From contig JBGATK010000004.1 of assembly GCA_044229265.1 (NCBI GenBank), positions 252 through 64,251 of the forward strand: a DNA stretch of 64,000 nucleotides, written 5' to 3'. Positions 30,201 through 40,425 of the stretch are shown here, piece by piece. The position numbers and the translations under genes were made by a program. Within the stretch, counting starts at the first letter, position 1. Every line of letters begins with the position of its first letter. The stretch is from Minisyncoccia bacterium. GTDB lineage: Bacteria > Patescibacteriota > Minisyncoccia > Phycocordibacterales > UBA9973. Under the pieces are notes generated by a model. It was not told the origin of the DNA. It did not search any database and was given only the letters and a program-made list of their open reading frames with translations.

Positions 30201-30779
30201 GCTCCTTTTGCACCATTTTCTGCTGAAGATATTTGGCAGAAATTAAAAAACAAAGAAGATGAAGAAAGTGTGCACTTGGCTTCTTGGCCTGAATCAAAAA
30301 AAGTAAATGATAAAATCATTACAGATATGAGTAAGGTTCGGGATATGGTTTCGAGAGGATTACAGCTTCGTCAAAAAGCGGGTATCCCCGTGCGTCAGCC
30401 ACTTGCTAGTTTCCAAATCAATGAACAAGAAATAGACACAGAGTATTTAGAAATTATAAAAGATGAATTAAATGTAAAAGATGTAGTGAAAGGGCAAGAA
30501 ATATCTATTGATTTAAATATAACTCCAGAACTTAAGCAGGAGGGAATATACCGTGAGATCGTTCGAGGAGTGCAAGATATGCGTAAAGAAATAGGTTTGA
30601 TACCTTCGGATATAATTTCTTTGTATATAAATACAGACAAAACAGGACAAGAGATTGTAAATAAATTTTTAGATGACATGCTAAAAACTGTTGGATCAAA
30701 AGAAGTAATATTTACTGAAAACGATGGTATAGAGATAAAAATAGGCGAACAAGTATTTAAAATTAAAATTCAAAAATAA
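27267..30779 (+). CDS. ileS: Isoleucine--tRNA ligase (type 2-like) with inserted histidine-phosphatase domain
   Basis: GPPTANG, GWDTHGLP, WTTTPWT, DWAISRERYWG, DQTRGWF, KMSKS; insert begins YFVMRHG. Confidence 0.95.
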   Translation: MADKEAKNTKSENSIREEKILAFWRENKIFEKSLDPKTAPLGSVKGEFVFYEGPPTANGKPGIHHLEARAFKDAIPRYKTMQGYHVRRKGGWDTHGLPVELQVEKKLGLNSKKAIEEYGIAKFNKECKENVWEYLEFWNKFTERIGYWVDQKDPYVTYHNSYIESVWNVVKKIDEQNLLYKDYKVVPWCPRCGTALSSHELAQGYSDVKDLSITAKFKIVGFEDAYFLAWTTTPWTIPGNVALAVGADITYVEIKVVKENAGEKTNEILVLAKDRLSIIEGEYEIIAEHKGSSMAGMQYEPLFPYLQNILKGNGEDTEKAFKVYVADFVNTEDGTGIVHTAVMYGADDFDLGTKVGLPKLHLVNPEGNFIDGTDFLAGRFVKEKDENNKPTLDVDIIKYLQEKNLFFKKELYEHSYPHCWRCKTALVYYARDSWYIRMTEPKIKEALVKENEKISWEPNNIKEGRFGEWLAGIKDWAISRERYWGTPLPVWLSLDGEKIIADSVSTIKNLVKKSGNKYFVMRHGGTEGNASDTVSFKNESNDNLTEKGIQQVRSEIGHYKGKVDMVICSPFARTRETAAIVCEELGLGKENLIIDERLHEINPGIFDGKNWNEYHDYVYDKDGEWFTHRIPEGESFQEVGKRVGEALYEAEQKYQNKNILFITHGGPAWLFYVVAGEYLPENKEYQKADTNAFVKEFKRFQNAEIRELNFAPLPHNDNFELDLHRPYIDTIILEKDGKEYKRTKEVMDVWFDSGAMPFAQDHYPFENKELVDGVGFPADYISEAIDQTRGWFYTLHAIGVLMGRGNAYKNVICLGHILDDKGKKMSKSLGNIVDPWIMMEKYGVDTLRLWMYSVNQPGESKNFDEKTVALLNQQVFGLLYNVLSFYEIYRDKDLENNENIKSENLLDLWILARYEELNNLAQKNLDNYKLLEPVRAIREFVGDLSTWYLRRSRDRIKDEDKNARQTLYFVLKNLAKILAPFAPFSAEDIWQKLKNKEDEESVHLASWPESKKVNDKIITDMSKVRDMVSRGLQLRQKAGIPVRQPLASFQINEQEIDTEYLEIIKDELNVKDVVKGQEISIDLNITPELKQEGIYREIVRGVQDMRKEIGLIPSDIISLYINTDKTGQEIVNKFLDDMLKTVGSKEVIFTENDGIEIKIGEQVFKIKIQK

Positions 30780-30794
30780 TAAAACCAAGATTCC

Positions 30795-31457
30795 ATGGAA
30801 AGTGATAGAAATATTTTAAACATTTACAAAAAATACAAAATCATGAGCAATTTACAGCTACACATGCTTCGTGTGGCTTCTGTGGCGTCGATGATTTCTG
30901 ATAATTGGACAGGCCAGGAGGTGATAGATAAAGAGAAATTAATTACAGCAGCCTTGCTCCATGATATGGGGAATATTATAAAAATACGACTTGAACATCT
31001 TCCAGAACTTATTAAAGATGAAAGACTAGAATATTTACAAGAAATTAAAAAAGAGTTTATTTTAAGATATGGAAATGATGAGCATAAAGCCACGCTTGAA
31101 ATTTTAAAAGAACTAAATCTAAATGAGGAAATCACTTATTTAATAAATGGTGTTGGGCATTTACATTTTTGTGATCAATTAAATAGTGACAATATAAATA
31201 TAAAAATTTTAAATTATGCGGACACCAGAGTGGGTCCTTTTGGAATATTATCATATGAAGACAGAATGACAGAAGTTTCTTTACGCTATAAGCAATATGG
31301 TAATTTTATTGGAGATGAAATACACGAAAAGGGTGTGTCTTGTGGTAGGGAAATAGAGAATCAAATATTCGCAAATTGCAAAATTAAACCAGTAGACATT
31401 ACCGAAGATTCTTGTAAAAATATGATAGAAGAATTAAAAAATTTCGTGGTAAGATAA
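30795..31457 (+). CDS. HD-domain protein
   Basis: HMLRVA, AALLHDMGN, YADTR. Confidence 0.8.
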   Translation: MESDRNILNIYKKYKIMSNLQLHMLRVASVASMISDNWTGQEVIDKEKLITAALLHDMGNIIKIRLEHLPELIKDERLEYLQEIKKEFILRYGNDEHKATLEILKELNLNEEITYLINGVGHLHFCDQLNSDNINIKILNYADTRVGPFGILSYEDRMTEVSLRYKQYGNFIGDEIHEKGVSCGREIENQIFANCKIKPVDITEDSCKNMIEELKNFVVR

Positions 31458-31461
31458 ATTT

Positions 31462-32043
31462 ATGCAAATACAAAGACCTATTTCAGCTCAACCAATACCC
31501 AGTGAAGCAAAGCTCGTATTTAAAGGAATACTTTTTGATACTTATCAGTGGGAACAAGAAATGTATGATGGTAAGAAAAAGACTTTTGAGAAATTAAAAA
31601 GGCCAGATTCTGTGGCAGTTTTCCCAATTTTACCGAATGGAAAAATTTTACTTACTAGACAATCCCAACCTGGGCGCGATGAATTTACAGATGTGCCAAG
31701 TGGTAGAGTAGATGAAGGGGAAGACCCACTAGAAGCAGGCCTGCGTGAGTTAAAAGAAGAGACTGGCTATACTTCAAAAGATATAGTTTTATGGAAAGCC
31801 GAGCATGCAACTACAAAAATTGACTGGGTTACTTATGTATTCATAGCTCATAATTGTGAAAAAGTCAGTGGCATGGAAATAGACAATGGCGAGAAGATTG
31901 AGCTTTTTGAAGCGAGTCTCGATGAACTCTTGGAACTTTCCCAAAAGAAAGATTTTCGCGCCAAAGAAGTAGTGGTAGAATTACTGCATGCTTTTTATGA
32001 TGAAAACAAAAAAGCAGAATTAAAAAAAATATTTGGGATATAA
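31462..32043 (+). CDS. NUDIX hydrolase (ADP-ribose pyrophosphatase-like)
   Basis: GRVDEGEDPLEAGLRELKEETGY. Confidence 0.88.
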   Translation: MQIQRPISAQPIPSEAKLVFKGILFDTYQWEQEMYDGKKKTFEKLKRPDSVAVFPILPNGKILLTRQSQPGRDEFTDVPSGRVDEGEDPLEAGLRELKEETGYTSKDIVLWKAEHATTKIDWVTYVFIAHNCEKVSGMEIDNGEKIELFEASLDELLELSQKKDFRAKEVVVELLHAFYDENKKAELKKIFGI

Positions 32044-32047
32044 ATTT

Positions 32048-32689
32048 ATGAAAATCAAGAAATTAGGACACTGCTCGTTTGTGGCAGAAATAAATGGAAA
32101 AAGGATAATGACAGATCCGAGCAATTCTGACTATGGAGGCGCTTCGGTAGATGAGCGGGATATTGATCTTGTGCTTATTACGCATGAGCATGCAGATCAT
32201 TTACATATCGATACACTCAAAATTATTTTACAAAATAATCCGGAGGCGAAAGTAATCACAAATACTTCTGTGGGCAAATTGCTCGCCGAAGCGGGGTTAG
32301 AATATATCAAAGTAGAAGATGGTGAAAATTATAACTTTTTCGGAATAGAAATTTCTGGCTTTGGAGACAAGCATGCGCAGATATATGAGGATTATGGGCA
32401 AGTTCAAAATACTGGTTATACTTTTGGTGGTCTGTGTTTCCCAGGTGATTCATTTAATATGCCAAACAGCAAAGTAGATATACTGGCTTTGCCAGTGTTT
32501 GGTCCATGGATGCAAATGAGTATGGCTATAGATTATGCAAAAAGTTTGAAACCCAGAGTTTGTTTTCCTGTGCATGATGCACCGCTAAAACCATTTGCTA
32601 CTTTTATATATAAAATTCCAGAACATTTTCTGAATAAAGTTGGTATTGAATTTAAAAAATTAGAAATTGGTATTGAAACAGAATTATAA
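32048..32689 (+). CDS. MBL-fold metallo-hydrolase
   Basis: LGHCSF, THEHADH, PGDS, FPVHD. Confidence 0.85.
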   Translation: MKIKKLGHCSFVAEINGKRIMTDPSNSDYGGASVDERDIDLVLITHEHADHLHIDTLKIILQNNPEAKVITNTSVGKLLAEAGLEYIKVEDGENYNFFGIEISGFGDKHAQIYEDYGQVQNTGYTFGGLCFPGDSFNMPNSKVDILALPVFGPWMQMSMAIDYAKSLKPRVCFPVHDAPLKPFATFIYKIPEHFLNKVGIEFKKLEIGIETEL

Positions 32690-33267
32690 TGCACCACATA
32701 TTTCACACAGAGGGCATAATATTGGGTAGTGGTAATTATGGTGAAGCAGGTAAGTATTACAAAGTATTAACACCAGATTTTGGTTTGGTTTTTGCTTCGG
32801 CCCAGGGTGTAAGGAAAATTTCTTCTAAATTAAGATTTGTTTTACAAGATTATTCTTATATTAAAATTGATTTATTGAAAGGTAGAGATATGTGGCGTAT
32901 AACTAGCGCTAGTAAAAGTGGAGAACTGCAAGGGTTCAGGGAAAACAATCAAGCTATGTTAGTATTCGCAAATATTTCTAATTTACTCATAAGACTTCTC
33001 GCAGGAGAAGAAGTGAATGAAAAATTATTTAGAAATTTATTTGAAGGTTTAAAAATTCTAGAAAAAGAAAAAGACATAGAAAAAATAAAAAATATTGAAA
33101 TAATTTTAGTACTGCGTATTTTGCATCAATTAGGTTATGTGGGTGGAGGTTTTGGAGTAGATGAAGCTATAAATTCTCCATTTTCAGATCTCATTTATTC
33201 TTCTTCTCTTAAGCGCAATATGCTTTTGCGTGAAGTAAATAAAATCTTGCGCGCAACACAAATGTAA
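32689..33267 (+). CDS. recO: DNA repair protein RecO (short form)
   Basis: TEGIIL, YGEA, FGLVFASAQGVRK..SKL, LHQLGY. Confidence 0.8.
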   Translation: MHHIFHTEGIILGSGNYGEAGKYYKVLTPDFGLVFASAQGVRKISSKLRFVLQDYSYIKIDLLKGRDMWRITSASKSGELQGFRENNQAMLVFANISNLLIRLLAGEEVNEKLFRNLFEGLKILEKEKDIEKIKNIEIILVLRILHQLGYVGGGFGVDEAINSPFSDLIYSSSLKRNMLLREVNKILRATQM

Positions 33268-33304
33268 TTCTACAAAAATGTATTAAAATGGTATAATACG
33301 AATC

Positions 33305-35221
33305 ATGTCAGATGATAATGATAAAATAAGCAAAATAGATGACTTAAAAAGCAAGCTTTTTAGTAGGAATTATGAAACCAGGATGGTTCACCATGAGCAT
33401 TTTTCGGAAATGAATGACATAAAAGTCAAAGATAACTGGAGTGATAATACGGCCCCATTATTATCTAAAAGGGAACAATTTTTTATGCAAAATTCTTTTT
33501 TTAAAAAATTTTTTATTTTCTCGGTAATTTTTCTTATCGGCGCTATTATATTTGCTGGTTTTAGTTTTTTTTATGGCAATAATACTATTTCTAATGACAA
33601 TATAGAGATTTCCGTACTCGGTAGTAGTTTTGCTACTGGGGGCGAGGAGCTGCCTTTAGTAATAGAAATTGAAAATAAAAATAATTCAGCCATGCTGTCC
33701 GTAGACTTAATAGCTGAATATCCAAAAGATGCTAAAGGTAAAACCGAGCGCTCGCGCCTGAGCCTAGGAGACATATCTTCAAATAGTACAAAGAGTCAAA
33801 ATATTTCTTTGGTTCTTTTTGGTGAACAAGGAACAATAAATAAAATTAAATTTGAAGTCGAGTATCGTATCGCTAATTCTAATGCAATTTTAGTAAAAGA
33901 AAAATATTATGAAGTAACTATAAATTCAACACCGATAAATTTATCGATTGATGCACCGAGTGATATTAGTCCAAATGAAGAAATAACTCTAAAAACAAAG
34001 GTTTCTTTGAATGGCAGTAAAGTTATGCAAAAAGTATTAGTGCGAGTGGATTATCCAATAGGTTTTCAATTCTCTTCATCCATACCAGCACCAACTTTTG
34101 GCAATAACACATTTTTTCTTGGCGACCTTTCGCCAGGAGTAGAACAAGAGATCATCGTAAAAGGCAAAATGGTAGATGTAGAAGACGGTGAAGAAAAATC
34201 TTTCAGAGTATGGAGTGGCACTCAATCATCTGAAGATAAAAAAGAGATAGCCAAAGTTTTAAATTCTTTTGCTCATATTGTCCTTATAAAGAGAGCCTTC
34301 ATAGAAGCTCGCATTTCTATAGGAAATACTTACCAAAAAGAATATACTGTCGAGTCTCGCGATTCTATCCAAGTAGGTATTGATTGGGCTAATAATTTAG
34401 ATACAAAAGTTTCTGATTTTGAAATTCGTGCTAAATTATCAGGCAATGTTTTGGATCGTAAACGCATAGTAGTCCAAGATGGTTTTTATGATTCCGCAAC
34501 TGATGAAATTATTTGGGATAAAAATTCGTATACAAAATTTAAATCTATAGAGCCCGGTGAAACAGGGGGTGTGTATTTTTCTCTATCATCATTACCACTT
34601 TATTCTTCTTTCGATGGTTTAGTGTCTAGCCCAAGTATTAGTATTTCTTCTGTTGTTTCTGGTAGGCAAGCACTTGAAGGCAATATTAATGAACAAGTAA
34701 AAAGTGGCGAAACGAAAGTGATTAAAATTATTACTGACATGTCTTTTGCTGTAAAGTCCGCATACAATTCTACTCTTATAAAAAATACTGGACCTATACC
34801 ACCCAAAGTAGGCAAGGAAACCTCTTATACTATAACTTGGTCTATTTCTAATACTGCAAATAGTATTTCCAAAGCTGAGATTAGATCAAAAATTCCTTCT
34901 TGGATAAAATGGAAGGGCGTGATTTCACCTTCTAGTGAATCAATAACGTATGATCAAAATACTCGCGAGATAGTCTGGAATGCCGGTAGGGTAAATCGGG
35001 GAGCAGGCCTTACTACAACTGCCAGGGAAGTATCTTTCCAGCTTTCTTTCACACCATCACTTTCTCAAGTAGATACTTCTCCAAATATTTTAAGTGAGAG
35101 TATTTTGACGGCGCACGATGATTTTGCTAATGTGGATTTAAGGGCAACAAAATCAGCTTTAACTACTAAGCTAAATAATGATAATATTGTTTCCGGCTCT
35201 AGCGGAGTAGTTGTAGAATAA
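33305..35221 (+). CDS. Membrane-anchored beta-rich extracellular hypothetical protein
   Basis: Single TM, Ig-like beta strands, GPIPPKVGKETSYTITW. Confidence 0.75.
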   Translation: MSDDNDKISKIDDLKSKLFSRNYETRMVHHEHFSEMNDIKVKDNWSDNTAPLLSKREQFFMQNSFFKKFFIFSVIFLIGAIIFAGFSFFYGNNTISNDNIEISVLGSSFATGGEELPLVIEIENKNNSAMLSVDLIAEYPKDAKGKTERSRLSLGDISSNSTKSQNISLVLFGEQGTINKIKFEVEYRIANSNAILVKEKYYEVTINSTPINLSIDAPSDISPNEEITLKTKVSLNGSKVMQKVLVRVDYPIGFQFSSSIPAPTFGNNTFFLGDLSPGVEQEIIVKGKMVDVEDGEEKSFRVWSGTQSSEDKKEIAKVLNSFAHIVLIKRAFIEARISIGNTYQKEYTVESRDSIQVGIDWANNLDTKVSDFEIRAKLSGNVLDRKRIVVQDGFYDSATDEIIWDKNSYTKFKSIEPGETGGVYFSLSSLPLYSSFDGLVSSPSISISSVVSGRQALEGNINEQVKSGETKVIKIITDMSFAVKSAYNSTLIKNTGPIPPKVGKETSYTITWSISNTANSISKAEIRSKIPSWIKWKGVISPSSESITYDQNTREIVWNAGRVNRGAGLTTTAREVSFQLSFTPSLSQVDTSPNILSESILTAHDDFANVDLRATKSALTTKLNNDNIVSGSSGVVVE

Positions 35222-35225
35222 ATAT

Positions 35226-36575
35226 ATGAAAGAAGATAAAAATATAAAAGAAAATGAATTAATGGAAAAGATAGTCAGCCTTTGTAAAAGGCGAGGTTTT
35301 GTATTTTCTGGTAGTGAGATTTATGGCGGGCTTGCTGGCACATACGACTATGGACACTACGGAGGAGAACTTTTGCATAATATAAAAAATTCGTGGTGGA
35401 AAAAATTTGTGTCTAGTAGGAGAGACATGTATGGTATTCGTGCTGCGATACTAATGCGACAAGAAGTCTGGCAGGCGACAGGTCATGTGGCAAATTTTGC
35501 CGACCCGATGGTAGAATGCTCTGAATGCAAAACTCGTTTTAGAGAGGATCATGTATTAATAAAAAAAGAAGGTAATTTGGATAATTTTCATGTATGTCCA
35601 AATTGTGGAGGTATACTTGGTCCAGCAAAACAATTTAATATGATGTTTCAAACGAAAGTTGGCGCTAGTGAGGATTCTTCGGCTACATCATATTTGCGTC
35701 CCGAAACTGCGCAAGGTATATTTGTAAATTTTAAAAATACGGTAGATGCTTACCACCCGAAACTTCCTTTTGGTATAGCGCAAATAGGTAAAGCTTTCAG
35801 AAATGAAATAACACCGAGAGATTTTCTTTTTCGCCAAAGAGAATTCGAGCAAATGGAAATAGAGTATTTTGTTCGTGAAGGTGATTGGGAAAAATATTTT
35901 GAATATTTTAAAGACGAGATGCTTGAATGGATGTCCGAAGTTGGTATAGATATGAATAAAGTGCATGAGCTTGAGGTCGCAAAAGAAGACTTAGCTCATT
36001 ATTCTTCTCGAACAGTGGATTTTGAATTTGATTATCCTTTCGGCCGTAAAGAACTTTTTGGTCTAGCATATCGCGGAGATTTTGATTTGAAAACTCACAA
36101 ATTAGAATATATTGACGAAGAAAATGCTACAAAAATTACTCCGCATGTTATCGAACCTTCTTTTGGTGTCGACCGTGCATTCCTGGCGCTCATGCTTTCG
36201 GCTTACAATGAGGATAATAGCGGAGAAGATACTCGCGTTTTTCTAAAATTCAAACCAAGTATTGCGCCGATAGTAGCCTGCGTATCACCACTTCTTAAAA
36301 ATAAACCTGAGCTTGTAAAAAAAGCTGAAGAGCTTTTTAGTATTTTAAAAAATGAATTTGGGAATGTGGATTATGACGACAATGGAAACATCGGCAAGCG
36401 CTACAGAAGGCAAGATGAGATAGGCACACCGTGGTGCATCGTAGTGGACTTTGATACTCTCGGCGAGAATCCAGATTTACTAGATACTGTGACAGTGCGG
36501 GATAGAGATACAGGGGCTCAAGAGCGAATAAAAATTTCTGATTTGGTGAATTTTATAAAAGGGAAACTCGCATAA
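35226..36575 (+). CDS. glyS: Glycine--tRNA ligase (alpha2 type)
   Basis: SEIYGG, LRPETAQG, FRNEITPR, LAHYS, IEPSFG, YRRQDEIG. Confidence 0.95.
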   Translation: MKEDKNIKENELMEKIVSLCKRRGFVFSGSEIYGGLAGTYDYGHYGGELLHNIKNSWWKKFVSSRRDMYGIRAAILMRQEVWQATGHVANFADPMVECSECKTRFREDHVLIKKEGNLDNFHVCPNCGGILGPAKQFNMMFQTKVGASEDSSATSYLRPETAQGIFVNFKNTVDAYHPKLPFGIAQIGKAFRNEITPRDFLFRQREFEQMEIEYFVREGDWEKYFEYFKDEMLEWMSEVGIDMNKVHELEVAKEDLAHYSSRTVDFEFDYPFGRKELFGLAYRGDFDLKTHKLEYIDEENATKITPHVIEPSFGVDRAFLALMLSAYNEDNSGEDTRVFLKFKPSIAPIVACVSPLLKNKPELVKKAEELFSILKNEFGNVDYDDNGNIGKRYRRQDEIGTPWCIVVDFDTLGENPDLLDTVTVRDRDTGAQERIKISDLVNFIKGKLA

Positions 36576-37849
36576 TGAATTTCAAAAAAACAATTTTAAA
36601 AAATGGACTGCGGGTAATTACTGTGCCGATGTCTGATAATCCTACTTGCACAGTTTTGGTGCTAGTGGAAACTGGGAGCAAGTATGAGACGAAAAAAATA
36701 AATGGTATATCTCATTTTTTAGAGCATATGTGTTTTAAGGGCACCACTAAAAGGCCGAAGGCTATGGATATTTCCAGAGAGCTCGATGGGCTCGGTAGTC
36801 AATACAATGCTTTTACTGCTCAAGAATATACAGGATATTATGCTAAAAGTGATGCAAAGCATTTCAAACAAATTTTCGATGTGGTTTCCGATATTTATTT
36901 AAATTCCACTTTTCCTGAAATAGAAATGGAAAAAGAAAAAGGTGTGATCATAGAGGAAATAAATATGTATGAAGACATGCCACACCGCCATGTGCAAGAT
37001 ATGATTATGCAAGTTCTTTATGGCGACCAACCTGCAGGTTGGAACATAGCTGGCGAGAGGGAAAATATCAGAAATATGAAGCGCCCCGATTTTGTAAAAT
37101 ATAAAAATGCCCATTATGTACCGAGCGCTACTACGATAGTAGTAGCTGGAAGTATGAATGAAAATGAAGTTAAAAAAGAAGTAGAAAAAGTTTTTGGAAA
37201 AATAAAAAATACAAAAAAAGATCTTAAAGTAAAAACAAAGGTAGTAAAAAATGGTCCAAAAGTTTTAATCAAAAATAAAAAAACAGATCAAACGCATTTT
37301 GTGCTCGCTATGCACGCTTATGATTTATTTAATAAAAAAAATCCAGCACTGAGCGTACTCACCTCTATTTTGGGTGGGGGAATGAGTTCAAGACTTTTTG
37401 GCAGAGTTCGTGAAGAAATGGGTGTAGGATATTATGTGCGGAGTTATCCAGATATTTATACTGACCATGGCTATATAGAGATTTCAGCAGGTGTAGATAA
37501 TAAACGCTTTCAAGAAGTTATATCTGTATGCTTAGAAGAATGCAAGCGTTTAACTCTTGAGTTAGTTAATGAAGAGGAGCTAGCTCGCGTTAAAGAATTC
37601 ATAATTGGTAATACTAAACTATCATTAGAATCTAGCGATGACATTGCGAATTTTTTTGGTGCTCAAGAATTACTTAAAAAGAAAGTTGAAAAATTAGAGG
37701 ATAAAATTCAAGGCATTCGTAATGTGTCGGCCAAGGATATCCAAAAAATCGCTAAAGAGATTTTTGTAAATAACAACTTATTCTTAGCCCTCATTGGTCC
37801 ATTTGATAAAAAAGATGAAATTCGTTTCCAAAAACTTCTAAAATTCTAA
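36575..37849 (+). CDS. M16 family peptidase
   Basis: HFLEHMCFKGT, NAFT, GGGMSSRLF. Confidence 0.92.
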   Translation: MNFKKTILKNGLRVITVPMSDNPTCTVLVLVETGSKYETKKINGISHFLEHMCFKGTTKRPKAMDISRELDGLGSQYNAFTAQEYTGYYAKSDAKHFKQIFDVVSDIYLNSTFPEIEMEKEKGVIIEEINMYEDMPHRHVQDMIMQVLYGDQPAGWNIAGERENIRNMKRPDFVKYKNAHYVPSATTIVVAGSMNENEVKKEVEKVFGKIKNTKKDLKVKTKVVKNGPKVLIKNKKTDQTHFVLAMHAYDLFNKKNPALSVLTSILGGGMSSRLFGRVREEMGVGYYVRSYPDIYTDHGYIEISAGVDNKRFQEVISVCLEECKRLTLELVNEEELARVKEFIIGNTKLSLESSDDIANFFGAQELLKKKVEKLEDKIQGIRNVSAKDIQKIAKEIFVNNNLFLALIGPFDKKDEIRFQKLLKF

Positions 37850-37886
37850 ATTCCAAATTTTTTATAAATTATGTTATGATGTAGGC

Positions 37887-38963
37887 ATGTTTGAACCGAG
37901 TGGAAATACTATATCTATATCAACCGGCACCTTTTTGAGGTTTGGTTTTGTATGCGCAGGTTTCGCTTTAGTCTGGTATTTGAGCGATCTTGTTTTGGTG
38001 TTGATTTCATCGATAATTATCGCTTCTTTTATGGAATCAGCAGTGCCATTTTTTAAAAAAATTCGTGTTGGGCGAGTCGGGGGTATGATCATTTTGTATG
38101 CATTAATCATATCTATACTTTTCGGTATTTTTTATATGTTTGCACCACTTCTCATTACTGAAATTTATAATTTCTCAAATGTCCTTGCACCATATGTTCC
38201 TGATAATGAATTTTTGCAATATTTTCAAAGTGATGAATTTTCTGGGGCCAAAGATTTGGTAGATAGTTTGCCAAAAGATTTTTCCGTAGCATCACTCTTT
38301 GGTGTATCTCAAGCTTTTATATCGAATCTTTCCGGAGGTTTTGTAAAAACTATTTCTGTGGCTTTTGGTAGTATATTTAATGTAGTCGTTATGGTAATTA
38401 TTTCTTTCTATCTTTCTATACAAGAGAAGGGTATAGAGAATTTTTTGCGCATAATTCTGCCACTTAAATATGAAGATTATGCTGTAGATCTGTGGCATCG
38501 TTCACGTCGAAAAATTGCACTTTGGATGAAAGGACAAATATTTTTAGCGTTATTAATTGCCGTACTTACTTTTTTAGTGCTCTCTCTCCTCGGATTTAAA
38601 TACGCACTTCTTCTTGCTATTATTGCTGGTATTATGGAGTTCGTGCCTTATGGTCTTATTCTAGCTCTTGTGCCGGCTGTAGGCTTTGCTTATATTTCTG
38701 GTGGTATTTCTGAAGCAGCATTGGTAGCAGGAGCATATATTATAATTCATCAATTTGAGACATTTTTGTTTACTCCTCTTATTATTAACAAAGTAGTTGG
38801 ATTATCACCACTTGTAGTTATTATTTCTGTGTTGGTTGGTTTTGAACTTGGTGGCTTGTGGGGAATATTGCTCTCTATCCCAGTAGCTGTTGTTATTATG
38901 GAATTTATGAATGATATAGAAAAGAAAAAGATTTTAATTAGAAGTGGGAGCGAGGATAAATAA
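37887..38963 (+). CDS. AI-2E family transporter
   Basis: Multi-TM, EFVPYG, PLIINKVVGLSP, GGLWGILLSIP. Confidence 0.85.
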   Translation: MFEPSGNTISISTGTFLRFGFVCAGFALVWYLSDLVLVLISSIIIASFMESAVPFFKKIRVGRVGGMIILYALIISILFGIFYMFAPLLITEIYNFSNVLAPYVPDNEFLQYFQSDEFSGAKDLVDSLPKDFSVASLFGVSQAFISNLSGGFVKTISVAFGSIFNVVVMVIISFYLSIQEKGIENFLRIILPLKYEDYAVDLWHRSRRKIALWMKGQIFLALLIAVLTFLVLSLLGFKYALLLAIIAGIMEFVPYGLILALVPAVGFAYISGGISEAALVAGAYIIIHQFETFLFTPLIINKVVGLSPLVVIISVLVGFELGGLWGILLSIPVAVVIMEFMNDIEKKKILIRSGSEDK

Positions 38964-38977
38964 TTTTAAGTAATATT

Positions 38978-40423
38978 ATGTCAAAAAGTTTTTACATTAC
39001 GACGACCCTCCCATATGTGAATGCACCGCTCCACATGGGCCATGCACTAGAATTCGTGCGGGCAGATGCTATTGCACGGTACAAAAATCTAGTGGGCTAT
39101 GATGTATTTTTCAACACAGGCACAGACGAGCATGGAATGAAAATATATGACAAGGCAAGTGAAGCCGGCATGAGCCCGCAAGATTTTGTAGATGCTGGTT
39201 TTGAAGTTTTTAAAAATCAGCTCAAGATGTTTGGGATTTCTGACGATGTACATTTTATCCGCACTACGGACAAGTCTCATGAGAAACTTGCGCAGGAGTT
39301 TTGGACTAGGGTAGAGAAGAATGGCTATATTTACAAAAAGAATTATGAGGCCAAGTATTGTGTTGGTTGTGAGAGTGAGAAGACAGACAGTGAATTAAAT
39401 GAAAAAGGTTTTTGTCCCGACCATGATGGAGTGCCACTACAAATTATTTCCGAAGAAAATTACTTTTTTAAATATTCTGCATTTACAGATAAGCTGTTAG
39501 AATTTTATGATAAAAATCCGAATTTTATCGTGCCAGATTTTAGATTCAATGAAATGAAAGCCTTTGTCGCTCGAGGATTGCAAGACTTTTCTATCTCACG
39601 CTTAAAGAGCAAAATGCCTTGGGGCATACCCGTGCCGGGGGATAGTGAGCATGTTATGTATGTATGGTTTGATGCACTTACGAATTATATAAATACTTTA
39701 GATTGGGAAAATAACAAAGAGCAATTTGAAAAGTATTGGAAGGGTGGCACACCGACGCAATACTGTGGCAAAGACAATACTAGGTTCCAAGGAGCCATGT
39801 GGCAAGCCATGCTGATGGCTGCAGATTTCCCAAATAGTCACCAAATAGTTGTGAATGGTTTTATCACAGCTGACGGTGGGGTAAAGATGAGTAAAACCCT
39901 AGGTAATGTAGTCGACCCAAAGGAAATAGTAGATGAATACGGCACAGATGCACTTAGATACTTCCTGCTTCGCGAGATTTCGAGTTTTGAAGATTCACCT
40001 TTTTCAAAGGAGCGTTTCAAAGATGCTTACAACTCTGGGCTTGCAAATGGTTTGGGGAATTTAACTTCAAGAATTTTAACAATGTCGGGAAGTTATGGAG
40101 TAAAATTGACAGACGAAGAGTTAAATATTAATTATTATAAAGAAGGGAAAGAAGATTTAGAAAATTTTGATATTCATAAATTTATAAACTGGATCTGGGG
40201 ATGTATGAGTAGTCTTGATGAATATATACAAAAAAATGAACCATTTAAAAAGATAAAAGTTAATAAAGAAGAGGCAGAAAAAGATGTTCATTATTTATTA
40301 CTTCATTTATATAAAGCAGCCCTTGCTATCGAACCAATTCTTCCAGAAACTGCAAAAAAGATTCAAGCATTAATAAAAGAAAACAAAAAACCAGAAACAC
40401 CACTATTTTTACGAAAAGATTAA
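38978..40423 (+). CDS. metG: Methionine--tRNA ligase (short, lacking C-terminal OB domain)
   Basis: PYVNAPLHMGH, GTDEHG, YVWFDAL, KMSKT. Confidence 0.95.
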   Translation: MSKSFYITTTLPYVNAPLHMGHALEFVRADAIARYKNLVGYDVFFNTGTDEHGMKIYDKASEAGMSPQDFVDAGFEVFKNQLKMFGISDDVHFIRTTDKSHEKLAQEFWTRVEKNGYIYKKNYEAKYCVGCESEKTDSELNEKGFCPDHDGVPLQIISEENYFFKYSAFTDKLLEFYDKNPNFIVPDFRFNEMKAFVARGLQDFSISRLKSKMPWGIPVPGDSEHVMYVWFDALTNYINTLDWENNKEQFEKYWKGGTPTQYCGKDNTRFQGAMWQAMLMAADFPNSHQIVVNGFITADGGVKMSKTLGNVVDPKEIVDEYGTDALRYFLLREISSFEDSPFSKERFKDAYNSGLANGLGNLTSRILTMSGSYGVKLTDEELNINYYKEGKEDLENFDIHKFINWIWGCMSSLDEYIQKNEPFKKIKVNKEEAEKDVHYLLLHLYKAALAIEPILPETAKKIQALIKENKKPETPLFLRKD

Positions 40424-40425
40424 GT